DNA of 64,000 bases, from the NCBI GenBank assembly GCA_027314165.1, contig DAHVCH010000004.1, positions 2,770-66,769 of the forward strand, written 5' to 3'. The notes under the pieces are model-generated. The model had not been told where the DNA came from. It ran no database searches and saw only the letters and a list, made by a program, of their open reading frames with translations. A program made the translations under genes and the position numbers. Source of the stretch: Thermoplasmata archaeon (GTDB taxonomy: Archaea; Thermoplasmatota; Thermoplasmata; Lutacidiplasmatales; UBA184). Shown piece after piece: positions 17,728 through 27,394 of the stretch. Numbering within the stretch: the first letter of the stretch is position 1; the number at the start of each line of letters is the position of its first letter.

Positions 17728-18330
17728 TTGCTTCCCCCGAGGGGGCCCGTGGCCGCGAGCCCTCCGCCCACCTCGCCCTCCGCAGGCGGCCCCACTCCCG
17801 GCAAGCCCGGCACCGCTGAGCTGCCCCGCGCCCTCCAGGCGCCCTACCGGCTCTTCCAGTGGTTCCTGGCCACGCCTCGGCGGAGGAACTTCTACATCAA
17901 GACGATGCGCGCGGTGCTCATCATCGGCATGTTGGGCCTCGTCACGATGGTCGTCGTGCCGGAGCTGACGAACACCGCGATGCCCGCGCCGGACTCGCTG
18001 ACCTTCAGCCAGGCCTTCACGATCGCCCCGTACAACTCGACCGCCGTCGCGGGCCTCGTCGACGGGGATGACGTCGTCGCGGGGAACTTCTCGGTCACCA
18101 CCCCGCACGGGGGGCCGGTGGTGTTCTACATCATCCTCCCGGGGAACGGCACCTGGAACCAGCGCTACCCCCAGGCGGTCTATGCCCTGCCCTCCCCCGC
18201 CTCCGCCTCGCCGGTCACCTTCACCGCCGCCTACACCGACTGGTACACCTTCGTCTGGACGAACCCCACGAACTCCACGGTCTCGATCTACGTCAGCTTC
18301 AGCTACCTCTCCTCGGCCCCTCCCGCGTAA
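17728..18330 (+). CDS. Single-TM exported beta-sandwich protein
   Basis: TM VLIIGMLGLVTMVVV; ectodomain with several N-x-S/T sequons. Confidence 0.7.
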   Translation: MLPPRGPVAASPPPTSPSAGGPTPGKPGTAELPRALQAPYRLFQWFLATPRRRNFYIKTMRAVLIIGMLGLVTMVVVPELTNTAMPAPDSLTFSQAFTIAPYNSTAVAGLVDGDDVVAGNFSVTTPHGGPVVFYIILPGNGTWNQRYPQAVYALPSPASASPVTFTAAYTDWYTFVWTNPTNSTVSIYVSFSYLSSAPPA

Positions 18331-18346
18331 CACGGACAGCCTGAGC

Positions 18347-19072
18347 ATGGGCCACGGGGCGGGCTCGACGGGAGCTGACCGGCGGCCCTTCCGCGCATTC
18401 CACCGAGAGCGGAAGCATGCCCCTTGGTCCGCGCTCGCCTTCCTCCTGGGGACGTTCGTCGTCGCTGGAGGGAGCCTCCCCTCCGTGCCCGGCGCGGCGA
18501 GCGGCGTCGCGGAGCTCCTGCCCATGCCGCCGGGGGGCCCGGGCCCGGACGCGATCGCCTCTCATCTCCCCGGGCTGCACGTGAACGCGTCCTACCGCGT
18601 GGACGGCCCCATCTACTTCGGGGGATGCAACGGGTCGGCGCCTTCCGAGCCGGTCGTTCTGAACGCGACCGCCACGGGAGGAGCGCCTCCCTACAACTTC
18701 AGCTGGTACTTCGTCCACGGCTCTCCGCCCGTCACGGGAAACCCGGTCTACCACGCGTTCCACAACGGGGGTTCGGACTGGGTCGACCAGGAGAACGTGA
18801 CCCTGAACGTGACGGACAGCGCGGGCACCTGGCTCCTGGACCAGGTCCACATCGCCGGAGCGTACGGGCCCGCGCCGGAGTGCGTCGCGCCCTCCCAGGG
18901 GTTCCCCGTCCTCGTGGTGGGAGCGGTCCTCGCGGTCGCTGCGCTGGTCATCGGGATCCTGGAGGCGCGCGACAGGTCGGGCCGAAAGCGGACCGGCCCG
19001 CCTCGTGAGGGGAAGGAGGATGGGCCGAGGAGCGGGCCGGGGGAGCGGCCCGAACGGACCCCTTCGCCCTGA
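18347..19072 (+). CDS. PKD-domain membrane-anchored protein
   Basis: ATGGAPPYNFSWYF...VTLNVTDSAG; N- and C-terminal hydrophobic segments. Confidence 0.75.
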   Translation: MGHGAGSTGADRRPFRAFHRERKHAPWSALAFLLGTFVVAGGSLPSVPGAASGVAELLPMPPGGPGPDAIASHLPGLHVNASYRVDGPIYFGGCNGSAPSEPVVLNATATGGAPPYNFSWYFVHGSPPVTGNPVYHAFHNGGSDWVDQENVTLNVTDSAGTWLLDQVHIAGAYGPAPECVAPSQGFPVLVVGAVLAVAALVIGILEARDRSGRKRTGPPREGKEDGPRSGPGERPERTPSP

Positions 19073-19078
19073 TCGTCC

Positions 19079-20323
19079 CTAGTCGTCCTTGGACGCGCGG
19101 CGCCGCCCGTTCCCCTCGAAGCGGAGGGCCCACTCCGCCTGTCGGCTCCCGCGCGACTTGAGCGACCGTCGGACGTCCACCGGCACCTTGCTGTCCTGCA
19201 AGAGCCGGGCCACCTGGTCGCTGTCGAGCCTCGAGACCCGGGGAAGCAGTCCCGCGTCCTGCAGGACCGGGAGGACCTGCTCGGGCGGGAAGACCCAGTG
19301 GGTCTCCTTCCTGCGATAGACGACGGCTCCCCTTCCCGGCAGACGATGGACCCCGAGACGGTCGGAGAGCGCGTGGAGCTCGCTGGCGACGGCCTCCATC
19401 TCCTGCCGTAGCCCCTCCCCCTGGCGCTTCAGGTCGGCATAGCGCTCCACGAGGTCCTCCACGTTCCGCCGCTCTGCCGTGGGGACCTCCTTCCACTCCG
19501 GGCAGATCGCCCGGAAGTCGCATCGGGTGCAGTAGGGCCCGGGACGCGGGTCGTGGACGTCGGACCGGATCCCGTCCACGACGTCGCCCAGGCGGGTGGA
19601 GAGGTCGCCCACCTCCTCCACGGTGCGAGGCTCCGTCCGCAACGGGGTGAGCGTCCGGAAGTGGTAGAGCGTCAGGGCCTCCACGGTCTTCGGGTAGTTC
19701 TTCTCGACCAGGAGCTGGTAGAGGGTCAGCTGGTCCGAGGTCCGGGCGTCCTGCCAGGAGAGCTCCTTGGAGGTCTTGTAGTCCAGGACCTCGAGCCCGC
19801 CCTTGGGGGTCTCGTCGATGCGGTCGACGATGCCGTGGATCCGGATCCCGTCGATCTCCGCGTCCAGATGCTGCTCCACCGCGACCGCGTTGGGCGGGGC
19901 CGCCTGGAAGAGCGCGTGGTAGCGCCGCAGGAGCTCGGCGCCGAGGTCGAAGTTGCGCTTCTCGTCCTCGGGAGAGAGGTACCCTTCCGACACCCAGACC
20001 CGCCGGTAGACCTCGAGCAGCTGCTCGAGGTTCATGATGGCGGCCCCGGGACCCGCGGAGGCGGGCTCGGGCTCGGCAGGGGCTTCGTCGAAGTCGCGGA
20101 GCGTCCTCTGGACCTTCCCCCCCGGCACGACCGCGAGGGCCGCCGGGGAGCGCTCGGCGACGGGCTTCACGAGCTCCTCGAGCGCCGAGTGGATCGAGCG
20201 GCCGAAGGAGAAGTACCCCCGCGGGGTCTCCGGCAGCCGGTCGATGTACATGAATTTCCAGCGAAGCGGGCACTCCGAGTAGGCCCGGAAACCCGAGTAG
20301 GAGAGCGGAGGCACCGTGCCCAT
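19079..20323 (-). CDS. PD-(D/E)xK RecB/Cas4-like nuclease
   Basis: LSYS..Y.ECP, VEQ...GIVDRID...LDYKT, QLTLY, CxxC-x5-C. Confidence 0.85.
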   Translation of the reverse strand: MGTVPPLSYSGFRAYSECPLRWKFMYIDRLPETPRGYFSFGRSIHSALEELVKPVAERSPAALAVVPGGKVQRTLRDFDEAPAEPEPASAGPGAAIMNLEQLLEVYRRVWVSEGYLSPEDEKRNFDLGAELLRRYHALFQAAPPNAVAVEQHLDAEIDGIRIHGIVDRIDETPKGGLEVLDYKTSKELSWQDARTSDQLTLYQLLVEKNYPKTVEALTLYHFRTLTPLRTEPRTVEEVGDLSTRLGDVVDGIRSDVHDPRPGPYCTRCDFRAICPEWKEVPTAERRNVEDLVERYADLKRQGEGLRQEMEAVASELHALSDRLGVHRLPGRGAVVYRRKETHWVFPPEQVLPVLQDAGLLPRVSRLDSDQVARLLQDSKVPVDVRRSLKSRGSRQAEWALRFEGNGRRRASKDD

Positions 20324-20390
20324 GCGGGCCGCCAGGCGACGGCGGGTTATCCCCTTTGGGTGCCGAGCGTGGTCCCGGGCGCTCCCGGGC

Positions 20391-21419
20391 CTAGCGCGCG
20401 GTGCTCAGAAGGTTCGTGCCGCCCGGGCCGGAGGCGAGGGGGGGCGCTGCGCGGGCGAGCGGGAAGCTCCCGGTCGGCTTCGGGATGCCCAGGAGCTCCA
20501 GGAACTCCTTGTAGTGGTTCCGGATGGTGACCGGGGTCACGTTCGCCACGGCCGCGATGCGGTCCTGGCTGCGGGGCTCGCCCATCGTCGTGCACGCGAT
20601 GTAGATGATCGTGGCCAGGACGCCGTTGGGAAGCACGCCGCTCGTCGAGTAGACCTTCTCGACCTGGGCCAGGAGATCCAGCACCCGCTGACGGACGTCG
20701 CGGGAGAGGTTCAGCTCCTGGGTGAAGCGGACCAGGTAGTCCTTGGGCTCGATCGGACGGAGCGCCAAGTGGAGCTCCCGGGCCAGGAGGGTGTAGGCGC
20801 GCCCGACCTCGATCTTGCTCGCCTTCGAGTGGACGATGATCTCCTTCATCGTCCGGGGGACGCGGCACTGGCGGCAGGCCGCGTAGACCGCGGCCGCGAC
20901 CATCGAGACGATCTTCTTGCCGCGCGTCGCCTTGTGCTCGAGCGCCTTGCGGTAGATGTAGGTGGCCGACTCCTTGACCTCCCGGGAGAGGCCCAGGACG
21001 CTCGCCAGGCGGTTCAGCTCCGCCAAGGCGACCACCAGGTTCCTTTGGTGGGTCCGGACGGTCCGGAGGCGGTGGTTGAGCTTCCGGAGGTGGTAGAATT
21101 TGAGGGAGGCGTGGCGCGGCAGGGCATTCCCCTGGAAGTCCCGCCCCGGGGAGCCGATCTCGCTGTAGAGCCCCTTGTCCGGCAACAGGTTGGAGATCGC
21201 AGGACCGTACCCGCGGGCCGTGCGACCGTTGTCGTCGTCGCGGATCCGGGGAGCACGGTCAGAAATGAGCGTGCTGCCGTCCAGGACCAGCCCGCAGTCC
21301 CCGCAAACGAGCTCCCCGTGCAGCTCGTCCCGGGTCAAGTGGGATGATCGACAAGTGGGACAGAGATCCTCTCCGCTGTCGGAGCGGAGCGGCATCGGTG
21401 ACGGTGCCCTGGCACTCAT
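20391..21419 (-). CDS. tfb: Transcription initiation factor IIB
   Basis: CPTC...VCGDCG zinc ribbon, two cyclin repeats (AAVYAACR, VTIRNHYKE). Confidence 0.92.
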   Translation of the reverse strand: MSARAPSPMPLRSDSGEDLCPTCRSSHLTRDELHGELVCGDCGLVLDGSTLISDRAPRIRDDDNGRTARGYGPAISNLLPDKGLYSEIGSPGRDFQGNALPRHASLKFYHLRKLNHRLRTVRTHQRNLVVALAELNRLASVLGLSREVKESATYIYRKALEHKATRGKKIVSMVAAAVYAACRQCRVPRTMKEIIVHSKASKIEVGRAYTLLARELHLALRPIEPKDYLVRFTQELNLSRDVRQRVLDLLAQVEKVYSTSGVLPNGVLATIIYIACTTMGEPRSQDRIAAVANVTPVTIRNHYKEFLELLGIPKPTGSFPLARAAPPLASGPGGTNLLSTAR

Positions 21420-21646
21420 GCTGTTCGCAGGGAATTCGCAGACGAACTAACCTGGACGTAGCGGCTCGGCAACTTTCCCCTCCCCCTCTGGAGCGTGAGC
21501 GTGACCATTCCGGCTGGCCCTAAAAGAACTTGTCGTCGCCCTCAGAACCGCGTACGAACGTTTCACGCGTTATGGACATGGATGCGGATGTATACTCCGG
21601 CCCCATACCGGTGCGAAAACGCCGCCGCTCGAGCCGCGGGACGGGC

Positions 21647-22312
21647 TCAGAGCGCAGCCTGGAAGTCGTCCACGGTGAGCGTGAACGGGCTCTCCGGGGT
21701 GAGCTTCCCCTGTTCGCGGAGGAGCTCGCGGCTGAGCAACCAGTAGAGCGTGGCGAGGGACGCCCTTCCCTTGTTGTTGGCCGGGATGACCAGGTCGACG
21801 TAGCGCGTGTCGTTGTTCACGTCGCAGAACCCGACCACGGGGATCCCCACGGAGAGGGCCTCGGAGAGGGCCTGCATGTCCGTCGCGGGGTCGGAGACCA
21901 CCAGGACCTTCGGCTCGACGAAGCCCGGGAGGTTCGGGTTGGTGAGGGAACCGGGAACGAAGCGCTCGGCGAGGGTGATCGCGCCCACCTGCTTCGCGAA
22001 GACGCGGACGGGCTTCTGACCGTACTGGCGCTGGGAGACCGCGAGGATCTTGTCCGCGGGGAAGCGGGAGAGGAACTTCGCGGCAAGGCGGATCCGGTGG
22101 TCCGTCTCCTTGATGTCTAGGACGTAGAGGCCGTCGTAACGGATCTTGAAGATGAACTTCCGCATCGAGGCGGACTTCTGCTGCGTACCGATGTGGACCC
22201 CGGACGTGAGGTAGGTGTCCTCCGGGATGAGCAGGTCGCCCTCGCCGCGCCGGTCGGACGGCAGGGCCATGGGGGTCGGGGCGTTAGCTCCCTGGGCTTC
22301 TTCGAGGCTCAT
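21647..22312 (-). CDS. rps2: 30S ribosomal protein S2
   Basis: GVHIGTQQK, RFVPGSLTNP, PANNKG. Confidence 0.96.
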   Translation of the reverse strand: MSLEEAQGANAPTPMALPSDRRGEGDLLIPEDTYLTSGVHIGTQQKSASMRKFIFKIRYDGLYVLDIKETDHRIRLAAKFLSRFPADKILAVSQRQYGQKPVRVFAKQVGAITLAERFVPGSLTNPNLPGFVEPKVLVVSDPATDMQALSEALSVGIPVVGFCDVNNDTRYVDLVIPANNKGRASLATLYWLLSRELLREQGKLTPESPFTLTVDDFQAAL

Positions 22313-23595
22313 GGTGAGGGGAAGGTCGCCAGTCGTACCAATTCATTAAGCTTGGCCATCCGTTCCCCTCCTCGGACGCCGCATTTGATGCCCCGGCTGC
22401 CGAAGGCCAGGGCGAGGTGGGCCAGCCAGGCGTCCGGGACCTCGCCAGAGCGGTGCGAGGCGACCGTCGACCACCCCGCTTTGCGGGCCATCTCGACGCA
22501 CCGCAGGGTGTCCGTGAGCGTCCCCACCTGGTTCACCTTGAGCAGGATCGCGTTGCCCGCCCCCTCCCGGATCCCCCGCTCCAGGCGGCTCGGGTGGGTC
22601 GTGTAGAGGTCGTCCCCCACGATCAGGGGCGCGCCTCCGCGCGCGCTCCTTGAGGTCAGGCGGGCAAAGCCCTGGAAATCGCTCTCCTCCAGGGGGTCCT
22701 CGACGTAGGCGAGGCCGTACTTCTCGATCAGCTTCGCGACGAACCCCACCTGGCCGTCCGGGTCCAGCGTCTGGTCCCGGTAGACGTAGCGGCCCTTGTG
22801 GAAGAACTCGCTCGCGGCGAGGTCGAGACCGGGACGGACGGAGACCCCGTTCGCCTTCCGGGCGTCGCGGACCTCCTGACAGGCCTCGGCGAGGAGCTCC
22901 AAGGCCTCGACGCTGGAGAGGGGAGCGACCCATCCCCCTTCGTCGCCCAGGCCCAACGCGGCCTTCGGGAAGCGTTCCCTCAGCCGCTTGCCCACGGCCC
23001 GGTGGACGGCGACGGCCGCCTCCACGGCGGCCCCGGGGTCCTTCGCCTCCGTGAACGCGATGTACTCCTGGATCTCGGGGCCGCCGATGGCGTGGGCCCC
23101 GCCGTTGATGACGTTCCCGACGAGGGCGGGATAGGTCGGCGTCCCCGGGGCGCCGGGGACGGCGCGCCAGAGCGGAACGCCTCGGGCCCGGGCCCGCAGC
23201 TCTGCAAAGGCGATGGAAAGGGCCGTGGTGGTGTTCCCGCCCAGGAAGGAGAGCTCAGGGGTCCCGTCCAGCTCCTTGAGGAGCGCGTCGAAGCCCGGCT
23301 GGTCGTCCAGGGGGAAGCCCACGAGGCGGGGCGCGGCCCTCTTCTGGAAGCGTTCGAGGGCCACGGGGACCCCTCCCTCGGGGAACGCCCGGACCTCCGT
23401 GGTCCCGGTCGAGGCGCCGCTGGGAGCCGCGGCCCGACCGACGATCCCTGAGGGGCCCTCGAGCGTGGCCTCCACCGTCGGGTTGCCTCTGCTGTCGAAG
23501 ACCCGCGCCACCCGGGCGTGCACGATCGTCAGGCCCGAGGAGGAGCTCCCCGACGTCCCTTCCCCGCCGGAAGGCGCGGACGACGAGCCCTTCAC
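22309..23595 (-). CDS. eno: Enolase
   Basis: DSRGNPTVE, PSGASTG, GDEGG, KVNQVGT, SHRSGE. Confidence 0.95.
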   Translation of the reverse strand: MKGSSSAPSGGEGTSGSSSSGLTIVHARVARVFDSRGNPTVEATLEGPSGIVGRAAAPSGASTGTTEVRAFPEGGVPVALERFQKRAAPRLVGFPLDDQPGFDALLKELDGTPELSFLGGNTTTALSIAFAELRARARGVPLWRAVPGAPGTPTYPALVGNVINGGAHAIGGPEIQEYIAFTEAKDPGAAVEAAVAVHRAVGKRLRERFPKAALGLGDEGGWVAPLSSVEALELLAEACQEVRDARKANGVSVRPGLDLAASEFFHKGRYVYRDQTLDPDGQVGFVAKLIEKYGLAYVEDPLEESDFQGFARLTSRSARGGAPLIVGDDLYTTHPSRLERGIREGAGNAILLKVNQVGTLTDTLRCVEMARKAGWSTVASHRSGEVPDAWLAHLALAFGSRGIKCGVRGGERMAKLNELVRLATFPSP

Positions 23596-24059
23596 TTGCC
23601 CCCCGATGGCGCATCCTGGACGAACTCGGTCAGGACCCCTCCGAAAGAGGAGGGGTGCGCGAAGGCGACGAGCCGGCCGCGGGCCCCCTTTCGGGGCTCG
23701 AGGTCGATGAGGCGGGCGCCCTGGGCCGACAGCTCCGAGAGCTTCGCCCGCAGGTCCAGGACGTGGAACGCGACGTGGTGGAGCCCCTCGCCCCGCTTCT
23801 CCAGGAACTTGGCGAGGGTCGCGTCGGGGGCCGTGGGCTCGAGGAACTCGAGGTGCGTGCCTCCCGCGCTCAGGAACCGGACCCGGACCTTCTGCGAAGC
23901 GACGACCTCCGGCTCGGAGGCCGTGGTCCCGAGCGCCCGTTCCCAGAGCGGGACGCTCACGGACAGGCTCGTGACGGCGATGCCGAGGTGGTCGACCGGG
24001 GGCCCCGCTTGTCCAGCGAGGGGAGCAGGGTGCGGGAGGTCGGACGTCATGGGAGCCAC
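23592..24059 (-). CDS. mce: Methylmalonyl-CoA epimerase
   Basis: DHLGIAV, GEGLHHVAF, GGVLTEF; adjacent to the mutase. Confidence 0.9.
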   Translation of the reverse strand: MAPMTSDLPHPAPLAGQAGPPVDHLGIAVTSLSVSVPLWERALGTTASEPEVVASQKVRVRFLSAGGTHLEFLEPTAPDATLAKFLEKRGEGLHHVAFHVLDLRAKLSELSAQGARLIDLEPRKGARGRLVAFAHPSSFGGVLTEFVQDAPSGGK

Positions 24060-24078
24060 GTTCCTCGTCCGGAGGTCC

Positions 24079-25782
24079 TCAATACTCGCGCGAGGGCCGG
24101 TGCTCGCCGAAGAGCTCCCGCCACAGTTGGGCGATCTCGCCCAGGGTCGCCCGCTGCTTCAGCGCCTCGATGACGTAGGGCATGACGTTCCGTCCCTCCT
24201 CCGTCGCCTTCCGCAACGAGGACATGGCCCTTTCGGTCGCCGGACCTGAGCGGGAGGACCTCCAGGAGGCCACGGCGCGCACGGCCTTCCGTTCGAGCTC
24301 GGGGGAGATCCGCTGGCCACGCGCCTTCCCGCGCTTGCGGCCCGCCCCGCGGCCCTTCTCCGCGAAGAGGTCGAAGTCGGGGTTCCCTTCGGAGTGGACG
24401 TTGACGCCGACCACGTGCTCCTGCCCATCCTCCATGGCCCGGGCATGGCGGAACGCCTCCTGGGCGATCTCCTTCTGGAAGTAGCCTCGCGCGACGGCCA
24501 CCGGGGCCCCGCCCATCTTCTCGATCTGCTCGAGGTACCTTCGGGCGTCCTCCTCGACCTGGTCGGTGAGCTCCTCGATGGCCCACGCGCCTCCGAGCGG
24601 GTCGATGGTCTGGGGGACCCCGCTCTCCTCCGCGATGAGCTGCTGCGTCCGCAGCGCGAGCCGGGCCGAGGCCGCGGTGGGGAGGCCCAGGGCCTCGTCG
24701 AGCGAGTTCGTGTGGAGGGACTGGGTCCCTCCGAGGACCGCCGAGAGCGCCTCCATCGCGGTCCGCACGACGTTGAGCTCCGGCTGCTGCGCGGTCAGCG
24801 AGGACCCCGCGGTCTGGGTGTGGAAGCGGAGCTCCCGGGCCCTGGAGGTCCTCGCGCCCAGCCGGTCGCGAGAGAGCTCGGACCAGAGCCTCCGCGCGGC
24901 CCGGAACTTCGCGATCTCCTCGAGGAAGTTCCGGTCCGAGGAGAAGAAGAAGGAGACCCGAGGGAGGAACTCGTCCACGGGGAGGCCCCGCTTGGCCACC
25001 TCGCGAGCGTAGGCGATGCCGTCCGAGAGGGTGAAGGCGACCTCCTGGGCGGCGGTCGCGCCCGCTTCCCGCATGTGGTAGCCCGAGACGCTGATGCCGT
25101 TCCACTGGGGCATCTCCTTCGTCACGAACTCGATGAGGTCCGCGGTGAGACGGAGCGACGCGTCCGGGGGGTAGATGTACGTCCCTCGCGCGGCGTACTC
25201 CTTCAGGATGTCGTTCTGGACCGTGCCCCCGAGCTTCGCGCGCGGGACCCCGTGGGACTCGGCCACGTTGACCAGGAGCCCCAGGAGGATCGTCGCCGTG
25301 GCGTTGATCGTCATCGACACGGTGGCCTTGTCGAGCGGGATGCCCTGGAAGAGGGCCTCCATGTCGGAGAGCGTCGAGATGGACACGCCGCATCGCCCCA
25401 CCTCCCCCTTCGACCAGGGTGCGTCGGGGTCGTAACCGACCTGCGTGGGAAGGTCGAAGGCGACCGAGAGGCCCGTCTGACCGTGGGAGAGGAGGTCGCG
25501 GAACCGGGCGTTCGTCTCCTCCGCCGTACCGAACCCGGAGTACTGGCGCATGGTCCATAGCCGGCCGCGGTACATGGTCGGCTGGACCCCCCGGGTGAAC
25601 GGGGACCGTCCCGGGAACCCCAGCCGCTCCTCGTAGTGCGAGACCTCGTCGTCCGCCGGAAGCCCCAGACGCGGACGATCTCCCCGTGCGCGCTCCTCCG
25701 GAGGGAGCTTCTCCTCGACGTCCTTCCTCCAGCGGGCCTCCTCCTTCGAGCGGGGCGGGCGGTCCGTGGAGCGGCGAGCCAT
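24079..25782 (-). CDS. Methylmalonyl-CoA mutase catalytic (large) subunit
   Basis: PFTRG, WTMRQYSGF, GTVQNDILKEY, GGTQSLHTN; no B12-binding domain. Confidence 0.93.
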   Translation of the reverse strand: MARRSTDRPPRSKEEARWRKDVEEKLPPEERARGDRPRLGLPADDEVSHYEERLGFPGRSPFTRGVQPTMYRGRLWTMRQYSGFGTAEETNARFRDLLSHGQTGLSVAFDLPTQVGYDPDAPWSKGEVGRCGVSISTLSDMEALFQGIPLDKATVSMTINATATILLGLLVNVAESHGVPRAKLGGTVQNDILKEYAARGTYIYPPDASLRLTADLIEFVTKEMPQWNGISVSGYHMREAGATAAQEVAFTLSDGIAYAREVAKRGLPVDEFLPRVSFFFSSDRNFLEEIAKFRAARRLWSELSRDRLGARTSRARELRFHTQTAGSSLTAQQPELNVVRTAMEALSAVLGGTQSLHTNSLDEALGLPTAASARLALRTQQLIAEESGVPQTIDPLGGAWAIEELTDQVEEDARRYLEQIEKMGGAPVAVARGYFQKEIAQEAFRHARAMEDGQEHVVGVNVHSEGNPDFDLFAEKGRGAGRKRGKARGQRISPELERKAVRAVASWRSSRSGPATERAMSSLRKATEEGRNVMPYVIEALKQRATLGEIAQLWRELFGEHRPSREY

Positions 25783-25921
25783 GGGACCCGCGAGGCGGGG
25801 CCGGGCTCTTGAAATCATCGGGGAGGGCCCCGGAGGGAGGGGACGCACGGGCGCCCCAGGCGGGGGTTTCCTCGACCGCGGAAGGACCAACTTTTTCCGC
25901 CGAAGGTCTGTGCCACCGATC

Positions 25922-26638
25922 GTGGACGTTCAGACGCTCGGGGACGAGTGGGAGCTCCTCGGGGCCGACGACCCGATGTGGCGGGTCGCTTCGGTCCCTG
26001 GGAAGCGGGGCTCGTGGACGCCCGAGGAGTTCTTCGCGAACGGTCGAGAACAGCTCGACACCATTCTCACCCACGTCTCCCCCCCGCCCGGGGAGGCCCT
26101 GGACTTCGGGTGCGGCGTGGGGAGGCTGACCCAGGCGCTGGGTGCGAAGTTCGACAAGGTCACCGGGATCGACGTCTCGGAGAGCATGCTCAAGGAGGCG
26201 AAGCGGCTGAACTCGAAGCCGAACGTCTCCTTCGTCCTGAACAAGTCCGACGTGCTGCCGTGTGAGAGCGGCCGGTTCTCCTTCGTGCTCACGCACATCA
26301 CGCTTCAGCACATGCCCCCGAAGCTGGCCCTCGGGTATCTCCGGGAGTTCGTGCGGGTCCTCAAGCCCGGGGGAATGCTCGTGTTCCAGGTCCCGACGAA
26401 GTGGGTCTGGCGGAACGCCGGGTTCCGAGGGTCGGTCGAGCACATCGTCCCGAAGCGGCTCCTGCTCGCCTACCACCACCTGCGCTACCGCGGGGTGGGG
26501 TTCAGCTGGGTCTGGGGGATCCCCGAGCCGAAGGTGCGAGTGGCGCTGACCGGCCTTGAGGTCCTCTCCGAGGAGCGCATCGGCCCGTTCAAGGGATGGC
26601 TGTCCGTCACCTTCTACGCGCGGAAGCCTGCGAGCTAG
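25922..26638 (+). CDS. Class I SAM-dependent methyltransferase
   Basis: LDFGCGVGR, GIDVSESM, RVLKPGG. Confidence 0.88.
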   Translation: MDVQTLGDEWELLGADDPMWRVASVPGKRGSWTPEEFFANGREQLDTILTHVSPPPGEALDFGCGVGRLTQALGAKFDKVTGIDVSESMLKEAKRLNSKPNVSFVLNKSDVLPCESGRFSFVLTHITLQHMPPKLALGYLREFVRVLKPGGMLVFQVPTKWVWRNAGFRGSVEHIVPKRLLLAYHHLRYRGVGFSWVWGIPEPKVRVALTGLEVLSEERIGPFKGWLSVTFYARKPAS

Positions 26639-26684
26639 CCCCGAGCGCGGCGCAGGCGCTCCGTCCAGGACGATCCGCGCCGGC

Positions 26685-27233
26685 CTACGGGATCGCGAAG
26701 CCCGCCGATGCGAGGACGTCCTCGTGCGAGCGGGCGATCTCCTTGCGCGCCACCCGAGCGGTGTCGACGAACCGCAGCTCCGTCCAGGCCTCGTTTCGGG
26801 GGACCGCGCCCTCCGGGAGCGACCCACGGAAGAGGAACTCCAGGTCCCAGTGCCCCTTGCTGTCGGGGAAGCGAGCCGGAGCGTACAATTCGGAGACGAC
26901 CTGAGGTCCCTGGAGCGGGCGCGGGGCGAGGCCCAGCTGCTCCTGGACGATCCGTTCCGCCCCCGCCGCGGGCGACTCTCCGTACAACAGGTGGGAGGAG
27001 GGGAGCATCCAGCCGTGGCGGTGGGCCTCCACACGGGACGGGTCGAGCGCTCCGAGGTGGTCCCAGGGGGCCCGGGGGTCCATGTGCCCCATCAGCACCG
27101 ACCGGGGATGCTCTTCCGAGGTCAGGAGGACGAAGGACGACAGGCAGAGCCCGGCCTCGGGGATCTCGGTCACGTTGAAGCTGGCGGTGGCCGGGCTCTT
27201 CGAGAACCGGCAGAAGGTGCGATCGGTCGTCAT
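26685..27233 (-). CDS. NUDIX-like hydrolase (degenerate box)
   Basis: WMLPSSHLLYGESPAAGAERIVQEQLG. Confidence 0.7.
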   Translation of the reverse strand: MTTDRTFCRFSKSPATASFNVTEIPEAGLCLSSFVLLTSEEHPRSVLMGHMDPRAPWDHLGALDPSRVEAHRHGWMLPSSHLLYGESPAAGAERIVQEQLGLAPRPLQGPQVVSELYAPARFPDSKGHWDLEFLFRGSLPEGAVPRNEAWTELRFVDTARVARKEIARSHEDVLASAGFAIP

Positions 27234-27394
27234 GCGCGGAGAGAGGAGCGGACGGGGAAGACGCTTCCCGAGCCCTCGTGTCCTTCATCGTCGGGGGGGC
27301 GCTTGGGGATGGTGGGCGAAGGGCCTAGCGCCGGCCCGTCCCCCCATCGCCGTGGCGGAGAGGAGGTCTGCCCCGGCTCCGGGCGGCCTTCCGC

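Noticed and set aside
19079-20323. CRISPR-Cas locus around the Cas4-like gene
   Set aside because: No repeat-spacer array or other cas genes seen
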